Shown here: positions 50,793 to 61,900 of the stretch, piece after piece
Layout of the letters: each line of letters starts with the position of its first letter
Position numbering within the stretch: position 1 is the stretch's first letter
Source: Dimorphilus gyrociliatus
Lineage: Eukaryota; Animalia; Annelida
Assembly: GCA_904063045.1 (NCBI GenBank)
Contig: CAJFCJ010000006.1
Coordinates: 1,850,946-1,914,945, forward strand
Direction of reading: 5' to 3'
DNA: 64,000 bases
Position numbers and translations under genes: made by a program
The notes under the pieces: generated by a model
The model's database searches: none
What the model was told of the DNA's origin: nothing
Seen by the model: only the letters and a program-made list of their open reading frames with translations

Positions 50793-53700
50793 AATTCTAA
50801 TACTTTTTTTCTCTAGATTACTTCACGTTTTCCTTGAAAATTTCTTTTTATGACCTATTAACAAACAATATCTAATATAGTCATAAAACAGTCAATTCTA
50901 ATGTTTGTTATGATTGCACATAGGTCTATCTTTCCATTGATTTACATATCGTGTATGAATGCACTAGTAAATAGATGTAGTACGTAAAGAATTATCGGAA
51001 AAAAAATCCTATTGAATAATATATTATCTAGGAAATATATATATAAAAATAATGCTGTATATACTGTATATATATATATATATATATATATTCGCATATA
51101 TTCACCCATATAGGATTAATAAAGTTATAGTTACATATAATTAAAATCCTCGTTCAAGAGCGATCAAAGACACTTTTATGCAGATTATAAGAATTAAAAT
51201 AATTTTTTAAACCCCTTTTATATCTTGTTCAAAATTAAAATGTTCAATAAAATTTACAACGAAAAAATAAAACAAAAGAACTCTATTTTTTAATGATAAT
51301 AATCAAATGATCAACGGAAGTGAGACTATGATATCTATTAAATAATCGATAAGAGAAGCAAAATTGCCTTTTAATTATACTAAACGATTGCTTCACGGAA
51401 GTAAAAATGGATTGTAGAAGAAGCCTATTGAAAATTTATCAAGGTGATCCTTTGATCTAAATAGACACTACTGCCTTTTGTTTTTTTTTTCTTGAATAGA
51501 TGGTTAATTAAATATTTATATACATAAGAATTTGTCAAATGTATATCTTATATATTTTTGTAAACGACAACATGTACTTTATATATTTCATACTTAAAAA
51601 TTTATTTAGCTTTTATCTTAATAAAAGTTAAAAGAAAAATTTTTCTTCACCCTCTTGACTCTTTCACCTCTCTCTTAAACAGCTAACCTTTTAATAGTAC
51701 TTTATTTTTGTTTATCTTCAATAAATACTAGACAATACTAATTACTTTTTCATCGCTTCAACATCTAAATCGAAATGTATTTGTGCTGGCTAATTGACAA
51801 GAAAAAAACGCCGACTGTTGAGACAACCTATTAAGAAATATCGATCGTTGAAACAGAAAAAGGTGAAAGAGGTAATAATGAGTAGTACAAGAAAATAGAC
51901 TGGTACAAGGGTCAGAATAAAGGACAAAAGGAAATAAAATTGGACAGTTTTATACTATGTTCACAAGTACAAACACACCGACACACGCACATATATATAT
52001 ACATATATATATTGTTATTTTTTATCGGATAAAGTATATTATTATCATGTGGTTTGGCAAGAGCGGAAAAAACTATTCGCATACAGAAAGGATGAAAATA
52101 TATAAAGTTCGTAAATATTTGCGGTCGATCTAGAGTAACTTGACTAGACGTCACATTCTCTCCCGTAAGTTATGTTTTATCCCAGCGAAAATAGAAGATA
52201 TATACAACTTCCACTAATATTATCAAATACGCTATTTATATAATTAATCTACAATTTATTTATGTTATTTTTTACGCTGTCCAAGTTAGTGACTATATCG
52301 ATTTTCCTATTCTCTTTATAAGCCTATCACTCTATTATTATTATTGATGAACTTTAATTTTTCTGTAGTTGGCGCCTATTATACGCTTTTTGACGCTTTT
52401 TTTCTCAAAGTGCCTAATTAGCGCTTAACTTTGTAGTTTCTAACAAAATAACTAGTTCAAAGAATTTAATTAAAAACGTTCAAAGTTCCTTAGATTTAAT
52501 AAAAGTAATAATAATAGAAAATTTCTCTCATGCGATAAGAGAAAAAAAATATTACACACGAATACTAATCCGCTAATCCATTAAACGAGTATGGACGTCT
52601 TAAAACAACCCGTTAAATGATATTATATGTAACTAAGGATGAGCAATGAAAAAATGGAAAAGGCTCCTACGTGACGCTTTTACTTCGAAAGACACTTTTT
52701 CAGATACTTCAACATATTCCCAATAAAAAATCTTTTCTGTCATAGAAATCTTTCACAGAAAATGATAAAAGACATTAAATACTTCTATACTTTCATTCGT
52801 CCACAAATTTATTTCCCTATCCCTTTCAATTTCTATTCAGCTATTGAACAGCTCTTTTCTCTATAATTCATTAACGAAGTTTCATTTTCCCCTTGTCTTC
52901 CTTTTCTCTTTCTTAATAAAAAGAGGATTTTTTTGTACTGTACATTAAGAACTTTTTTATTCCAACTTCTCTGCAGTTTTTCGAAAAGAAATTCAGCTCA
53001 ACTCAGCTTAACATATATTACTAAAATCGTTTGGATTAGGCCTAAATCATCTTTTTTTTTGACGTCTAAACTGTCTGAAAAGTATTGATCAGTATAAGAG
53101 CTATAAAAATAAATGATCAACGGCTTATATAAAAAAAAAAACACATGTTCATTTCCCCTCCCCAAACTGTCCCTTTCAAAATATACTCATTTTCCTTTCC
53201 CTTTCAAATTTCCTCCTTTCTCCTACAAGGCCTACTTGTAAATGAATTTTTATGTTTTACCATTTGATACGTATATATAAAATTTATCCTATGTTCCTAC
53301 TAGCAACGCCTATTTAATTATTGAACAACTGAGGGAAAAAATTAAACGCTTATTGTTTTAAAATAGAATAAAAACTACGAAAAGAACATTTAAAAAGATT
53401 CAACTTACCTCAAAAAAAAATAGACTATCAAGATGTTTAGCCTTCAATTAAAGACGTTTCCTTCTTTCTTTGTTATATAAAAAGAATTAAATTTTAAAAA
53501 AGAGAATAATTTCCCTTTCTTTCTTTATTTTGTAAATCAAAATCTTGCAGACAATTCGCAGTTTTGAGGACGAAAAAGTCAAGATGAATGAGTAAGAGTT
53601 TAATAATAAAATGTAGTAGATTATTATCAAACTTATGCAGATGAAAATTCTAACAAATAAACAAAAGAGATTCTTTCCTCTATTTTAATTGATTTAGGTA

Positions 53701-54267
53701 GAATCAGTATAATTCAAACATACTTCTAGCCGTCTTTCTTCGCTCTGTATACAAATGAAGAGGGTTTTTACGCTCTGATTGACTCTGATGCCCCCTACCG
53801 GTTAGTACACATTGATCGAATTTATTCATACGTTTTTATTAATTGATATTGAGAGTTGCGTGAACATGATTAACATAAAACATGTAGACCGATTTACTAT
53901 AAATATACATGCAGTATGTAATATGTATTTAACTATACATATATTATATGGTACATTCAACAAAAAGCCTATACACTTAAAGAACTAAGAGTAAAGAAAG
54001 AAGGTTTACATTTTATTAGAACTTTTTCTATCGAATTTTAGCTTATTACCTCATTTTATCACCTTTTTATTGTAAAAAAAAAATAAATTCTTAATGAAAT
54101 TTTATTAGTTTGTTTATATATTTCAATTTGTTTTATAAGTAATCATTTTGCAGTAAAAAAATCGTTATAGAATAAAGATTACTATCAAAAGATTCAGGGA
54201 TAATGACCGCATATATGTATTAGAGGAAAGAAACTGTCATTTTTTTTTATCATTATAAAAAGTCTTG

Positions 54268-54405
54268 TCTATCTGTCTGTCTCCGTCTCTCTTTGTCTCT
54301 CTCTCTCTCTCTCTCTCTCATTCTCGCTCTCTGTTTCTTTCTTTTTATACCTTTCCTTATTACTTTGTCATTTAACATAACGTAGAGTAAGAGAGCGCGA
54401 GAGCG

Positions 54406-54436
<31 letters not shown>

Positions 54437-54440
54437 TAGA
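54268..54440. repeat. Compound (TC)n/(TCTG)n and (CAGA)n microsatellites forming an imperfect inverted repeat
   Basis: TCTATCTGTCTG (54268-54279) is complementary to CAGACAGATAGA (54429-54440). CTCGCTCTC (54323-54331) is complementary to GAGAGCGAG (54399-54407). Confidence 0.6.
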
Positions 54441-54822
54441 TAGAATAGAGAAAGAGAATCAGTTGTGTGCAATAAATCTTTCCTGAGCTCACATAGGTGA
54501 GAAGAAAAGCAAATTTAGATCTTTCTTTATTTTTGAGTATTTCAGTGAACATTAAGAAGTTCCTATGAAGTTGATTTAATAGAAGAATAATACAAAAAAA
54601 ATTAGACACGCCTGGTAAAAATGTTGTTAAAAGAATATAGCAGCGTTGGGTCATATATGACCTTTTAACTATAAGCTTTATGAAATGTCACCTACTAATT
54701 GGACGCTTGGACAATAATTTTTGGACGTTTTTTCACGTGGATCCTATGAGAAATTTAGCAGATGGGGCTATCCTATATAAAAAGATCCTCTTTTGCCTTT
54801 CAATACACTTTTTATCATCGAA

Positions 54823-57800
54823 ATGGAAGAGAGTTCTATGGAGCAACCGGAAACCATTCGTTTTAGGAGGACAAACGCTTGGAGTGATAATTCGATCAGC
54901 GCTTGCGCCCATATGTTCGGTTGGTGGTTAAAACTATATTATTTTCTTGAAGAGGTTGTAGCCAGGTTTTATAAATATCAATAATCGAAATTGTGAATGT
55001 GTTTTAGAACATTCCAACATAAAAAAAAAATTGTATAAGATAGATGAGCGCATGTGTATTATTATGATTTTTTTTTTGTTGGTCTATAATTATAATCTAC
55101 TAAACATTAGTAGCGAAAAGGTGAATGTATTCATCTAAAAACATTGATTGAACTCACTTTCATTCAGGTATTGCTGGATTATTAACTACCATTATTGCTC
55201 TAATTAGTGATAAGTGGTTATATGTTTCGGAACCTGTAAATATTAAATACAAAGATAGTATTACGAATGCAACTCTTGAACAAGAAGTCTCTGTAAAAGT
55301 ATATTCCGGTTTATGGCGTTTATGTCTAGAACCAATCCCAGGCGGTTAGTATAATATAAATATATATATATTATAGAGTATATAAAACTAGAAATATAGA
55401 TATTGATATTTATAGTTATATAATTGAATATATTGTTCCACTAATAGAAAAAGAGATATCTCATATACAAATAATTTGTATTACGTAATCTAAAATAGAG
55501 AAATTCTTAGCATAAGTAAAATATCATACCAACTTATTAATAAAATACTCAAATAAACAAGAATTAATCTTGTTTAATTGCACTTTTAACCTTTTCGTTT
55601 AACCGCTAGGAATGCTTTTATTTTTATTTGTTTTGTTTGTACTTTTGCCTTGTGAAAATAAAGCAAGTCTTATAGTTTATATGTAAATTTTGGTTTATGA
55701 ATATGTAAATAAGTCATATATATATATATATATATATGTTATATAATAGACAGCATTTGAAATATTTACTTAAATCATTGTGTCTGTATTAGTCTATCAC
55801 TAGTCCGTTTTATTTGTAAAGTTGGTTGCTCGTATTTTACTGACAGAGGTCAATTGCACTACTATTGATTATAGTGGATCATGGACGGAACGCTTGGAAA
55901 ATGCGCTTACAACTGAACTGATATTAAGTAAGTAAAAATATACTTTATAATATTCAAAACCTCTATTCATAGAGTATTGTTTAGTTGTTACAATAAATAC
56001 TTTTCTTTCCTCTGTAATTTTTCATCTTTATCATTTCGTATAAAATAAAGAAAATCTACTTATTTCATTTATGTCACTATTTGAGTACAATAATAACATA
56101 TTTAGATATAGAAAAGAAGTGAAAGTAATATAAATTAGGGAAGAAATATTATGTTTAAAATGTTAATTGTTTAATACCCAAGGCAAAATCGACAGGCGAG
56201 AATAGGTTAAGGTTAGTAGGAAGCGTAAATTCATGTGTATTGTTAGTAAATTAGAAAAAGAATTACCAGCAGCCATAGGATAAGAGGAAGAGTAGGAGGA
56301 CGGCGAATGAGGGAAGAGAGAATTAAGATATATATAGCTACTGAAATAATACAATTAATTGGAAAATAATATGTCTTTTTTGAGTTACAGATAAAAAAGT
56401 AATTATAGGGTGGAGCTTATGAACTTTATAAAGTTTTCATTCACGTGACTTCTCACCATTAATTTCATCATACAAACAATTGTTTGCCTTCATCGATCAT
56501 CTTTTGTATGCTTCGCTTAAACATATACATATTAACCTTATTTGAATAATTCGTTTATTTTTTTTAAATATATATCTTAATCATCTTAAATATAAAACTT
56601 ATATATGAGAATACACAGATTACTTCAAAGTATATTTAAATGTAAACTGGTCCAAGTTACATTTTTCCTTATTTTTTTATACATAATTGATAATCGTTTA
56701 TTATTTAATTAAAGATATTAGTAAAAAGCTTACTTATTTTGTAATTAAATATTATTATTTTTACGCACCAATTCGTTTGGAAAAATAGACCGATAAGAGA
56801 AATATTTTGAAAACAAACCCTCGGAAAAGCTTTTCAAAAAAAACTTGTAAAAACTTATCGATTTCACATTCTAGTTTATTATTTATATAACGTTTGTTTG
56901 CAAAGGAATATTGTATAAACTTTATTCAAGTTGAAAAATTTACTAATTATTCTAATATCTATGATAAAGGAATAAAGAGAGGATTGATTTATATTATCAT
57001 CATACTAATACCTGTAATCGTACATCTTCGTATATTTTTTCTTTTCTCAGTAGTTTATCCCTTAAATGTTCGTTGATTACGTATTTTGCTATTATCTCTT
57101 ATGACTCATTAACGCTTTTTTATCAAAAGTTTTTCTTTAATAAAAAGTGAATTAAGCTTTCATTTTCTTTTTCCTTTCATTCACTTAATATTTTTTAAAT
57201 CTTCTTAAAATAAATCATATCACGTGATACATGCTACAAACATTAAGATGAAATAAGTCCATATACCTTATTCGATATAATAAGGCATATATCTATTATT
57301 TTTTGATTTTCTACTTTTTTAAGCCATAATCCCTTCCTGCCGCCCCCCACCCCTCTCTCTCTCTCTCTCTCTGTTTCTTTAAAGCACTGATCAGATTTTA
57401 TGCTATCCTGTACTTCCAATCAACTATATATGTTTGCCGTACTTCACATATAATAGGCCTATCTATTATTAATCAATGCTTTGTGCTAGGCCGTTTTAAA
57501 ACAGTATACATTATATTCCATTTAGAGAAATTCTCTTTCCTATTTTTCGTTAGCTTTAGCAATAGTCATGTATTTTTATTGTATTTTATTACAATTATAT
57601 ACTAAAATATAAGTTGCTTTTTTTTTAATGTCTTTATTTTGTTTAAATAGCTATTTTCCATCTGTATATAGTTTTTTTTAATGCCAATAGGAGGAATAAG
57701 AAAATCTTCAATTGCCTTCGCTTTAAGTACAATTTTGCAGTTTGCCGCGGCAATTGTTGCCGGCATGGGAAATCTTCGAAAGAATAGTCTATGCTTAATA

Positions 57801-58148
57801 GGAGCCATCATGTTTATAATTTCTGCTTTAATTCTATCTGCAGCAGTTATATTGTATGTCTGCGCTGTAAATGATGAAGTAACTCATCGAAAAAAGCCAA
57901 TTTTTATGGGCGAATCAGTATTTTCGCACCGATACGGTAGAGGTTTTTTCCTAATTGCAGCTTCAATAATCTGTTCTCAAGCGGCTGCCGCAACGAATAT
58001 CTACTTATCGGAAAGATGGTATCAGCATGATTATAGGAGGTTTTTTAAGGCTATACCGGGTTTGCGGAGGAAATTACCCATCAAATTATCTCGAAGCCTC
58101 AGTTACCGTCTAAGGGAATCAAGACTTTCTATACTGGTTACTTCTTAA
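54823..58148 (+). CDS. TARP/stargazin (CACNG)-like four-TM protein, claudin superfamily
   Basis: Four exons (54823-54919, about 55169-55345, about 55849-55927, about 57691-58148), phase-1 introns. TM1 AHMFGIAGLLTTIIALISDKWLY, ECL1 VYSGLWRLC...C, then RGIRKSSIAFALS, GAIMFIISALILSAAVILYVCAVNDEV and FSHRYGRGFFL. These match CACNG-family patterns (TDYWLY, HSGLWR.C, I++YIS...E, Y.YG.SF). Confidence 0.85.
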
Positions 58149-58984
58149 ATGACCGAAAACTGTGTCGACTTTTTTCCCTTCTCTTTATTAATACCCTTGG
58201 AACAAATGAACGATTGTAGTATGAATTACAATTAATGAGATCATTCATCTATCTCATTAATATAACCTAGCAATGTAATATACAAAGCCAACATTTCCTG
58301 TCCTCTTTTTCGCTCTTCAGCCACTTTTCTCTTATCTATTTTAAATATGTAAAGTTCATAAAAAGCATAAAGAAAAGAATAAAATAAGCGCCTAAGATAT
58401 CTATAAAATGTTTTATTCATACATTTTAGTATTTACATTCAAAGTAAACTCTAAAGGTTAATAATAAGTGAATACAATAAATGAAAAGAGAAGGAAAATT
58501 TAATCAGTTGTCTTGATGAACTAGCTAATAAGGCTCTGAATAGTCAGGCTTGAACAGCTTTATTAGCTCATTATGCGAAAATCTATTCTTTTAAACGCTT
58601 TTCAAACTTATCTTATACAATTTATTTGGACAAGATATACAAAAAAGACCTTGCATATTTTAGAAGATAACGTAATTCTTTCAATCCAGAAAATTTTCTT
58701 TTCTTCTCTTCTTCGTTTAAAACCTTCCAATGAAGCTATAATTAGCTGTAAGAGCAGTGAACTTTGGCTGGATTTAAAAAGTTGTCACTTCCGTCTACTA
58801 TCATATACAATTACGTATTATTGCAAAATATGCAAACGCATGCTTGTAATACAGCATAGTCTCTTCCTTAATATGGAAATTGAAGGAAATATTGAGCTTG
58901 TTTATCGTGATTTAGCATACATAGTAATCTATTCATATAAGGTTTGAAATTCTGAAAATAAAGATCTTTTTGAATAAAAGAGTA

Positions 58985-61900
58985 ATGGAGGATAATTGGA
59001 GGCCACTACCAGTAGTACTTTTTAATTATATTTTTAACTTGTATACTAATAAATCAATTTGTTTTTAATAAATAAAAAGAATAATAAGCTATTCCTTTTC
59101 TAACAAAGGAAAAAGTATACTTTTATCATTTATTATTTCTTTTTGTGATAAAAAAAATAGGCCAAAAGGCCGTGGTCTGATGAGGATAAGGACAGTAAAG
59201 GTATAAAAGACGGTGCAACTAAATACGAATCTTGGAAGAGGTAACACTTTTCTTCCCTTTTCGCTAATGATGATTACATACTTTAAGTATTAAATGAATT
59301 TTCAGCTTATTACTCAATTATACAAGTTCAACCACTTTGCACGGAGTTCGCTATATTACGATCGATACTTTATTTAAAATTAGAAGGTCTCCAATTCTTT
59401 TCTAATTAGTTTAATTAAGCAATTAAATAATAAGACTATTCAATATTTATTTAATATAAATAATATAGTATTTTTAATTATTTTTAAGTATGACTTAATT
59501 TCTGTTAATGCATATAATATTTATTAATAATAATAAAAACACAGAATCCTTTGGGCATTGTTAGTAGCTTCGGCCTTTGGAGTATTCGTTTACTATACAT
59601 ATAGTAAAATCGATTACTTTTTACAATATCCGAAAAATATAGACGTCGAAGTAACTTATCTACCAAGGGTCAAGTTTCCTGCCGTAACGATTTGCAATCA
59701 GAATCAATTGAAGTACCATTTTTAATTGGCCTCGTTTATCAACTCTTATTCTTCATTAATTTAGATTAACGGAACTCGCCGAAAAGAAATACTACAATCT
59801 CGTTCCACTTTTATTTCCAGTTGAAAAGAATTCAGGTATAGAAAAATCTTTTTCTTAATTGAATAAATTTAAAAGAATGAGGAAGAGAGAGAAAAGGTGA
59901 GAGAGAATGACGGAGGAAACGGGTAAAGAGATATTTTTTATTAATTTAAATCAAAAGAGATATTTACGTACATAGCTTTATTAGTTGATACTATTACGTT
60001 GACTCGTCTTATCCTAATACATACGATATAAAGGTAATATACTGTTAGATCCCATACAAACTGGTATTAACACACTTTAATAACGCATTAACTATATCCT
60101 TTTAAAAACAAATTAGGAACGATAAGGCTTCCGTTTAGTCATCCGGTTTAGACTCTTCCGTCATAATTTTTTATAAATTTTTTTAATGTCAGCATCGATT
60201 AATAAATCAAAGAGAATTTTTGCAACTTCCGCTAACTTTCTTTCTTTCCGATTTCTCTGTTTTGTTATATGAATGTAGACATATTTATGACATTTTTGTT
60301 CTTTTGTTTCAAGTATTCAACCCTCTATTTATCCAACAGCTAGGAGCCAATGCCGAATAGATCAGTGGATGTGTCTTGGTCAAGATAAATGCATCGATAA
60401 AAATTCAATATGTGACGCTTTTCCTGATTGTTTGAACGCAACCGACGAGACAAACTGCAGTAAAACATAATACAACTTAAAAATCATTTTTTATATAAAA
60501 AATCAATTTTTGTCCTTTTCTATTCACTTTCGCAATAGCAATCTGCCCAGCTTTGCTCCTACAAAATCAATTCAACGTCACTACTAATTTGACGTCGTTA
60601 CTGTTTAAACGACAATCGAATACTTTTAACCAAAGCCGACTGGTCTATATGACCGATCGGAATGAAATACTTTACATATTCAAAATAAAGAATAAGTGGC
60701 TAATTTCTGATATCTACATGCAGGAAACAAATTACGTAGCAATTTTAGATCAAGATAGCGAACTACCATACGGCGAAAACTTGGTTTGGAAAACGGAAAA
60801 TGGTTCGAAAATTGGTTCCATGATGTGCTTTTGTTAGTAATAAATAGGCCTATAAAATCTAATATTTTTTCCCGCCTTCAAGAAAACTATATATATATAT
60901 ATAAGTAAATAAATAAATATACGTATATAAATATGAGTTTATGTTACAGACAATCCTGATAAGACGAAAAAACATAGTAGTATAGGGAATATTACTGGCG
61001 TGTCGCTTAATGATTTGTACGACACATCGTCCCATAAGAAAAGAGATTTTGTTGAAAAATGCATTTGGAAAGGGAAAGACTGTAATAACGAAGATATTTT
61101 TGAACAATACACGGATATGGGAGTTTGTTTTACGTTCAATTCAAAAAATGATATGTTTATTGAACAGTCTGGTCCTGGTTACGGACTAACTTTGGCGCTG
61201 AATATTGAACAATACGAATATACTAAAAATTCCGAGACTGGAGTTGGTGTTAAATTGTTAGTTCATGACGTAGACGACAGGCCTCTTGTAAAGGAGAAGG
61301 GCATATCGGTATCTCCTGGATTATATTCTTTCATCTCAGTGGAAACGACTCAAGTTTGTTATCTTTTCTCTAAGTTAATTTAGCTCTTTATCCCTACGGA
61401 TTAGGTAGAAAATTTGAAGCCACCGTGGGGAAATTGCGGAGACAAGGATTTAAAATATTTCAGCGGTTATAGTTCAGCCAAGTGTAAATTACAATGCGAA
61501 ACCGATTTCCTACAAGATAGATGCAACTGTAGAGATGTATCAATGCCAAATCGAGATGGTAAATAGCATAAATCAATAAATTATTATACGTAATAAAAAC
61601 AGTCATAAAAGTACATTGAATAAAAATTGTCGAATAAGATTAAAGGATTATCGTTAAAATATGAGTAATTTTAAATTATAGCTATATATTTTTTATATTT
61701 TGAACGAATATTATATCAACTAAAGTAAAGAGGACGTTGTTCTTTAACTTGAAAAAAAAGGAGAAAATACTTTATACATACAAACATATTATCCAAGCAG
61801 CTCATTAAACGCATTATTTTCTTACAGGTTTTCCTCAAGTATGCAAGATCGATCAATATATCAAATGTGCAAAGCCATTCTTAGGTTGGTAGATCTATAT

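Noticed and set aside
42563-57811. Short I/F/L/K/Y-rich ORFs in intergenic and intronic DNA (for example 42563, 45092, 46175, 51912, 54253, 56163, 56894, 57602)
   Set aside because: These are expected by chance in very AT-rich sequence, or come from microsatellites or antisense overlap with real exons.
58573-58947. 124-aa plus-strand ORF between the TARP-like and DEG/ENaC genes
   Set aside because: Composition is typical of AT-rich non-coding DNA, with no motif and no splice link to either neighbour.
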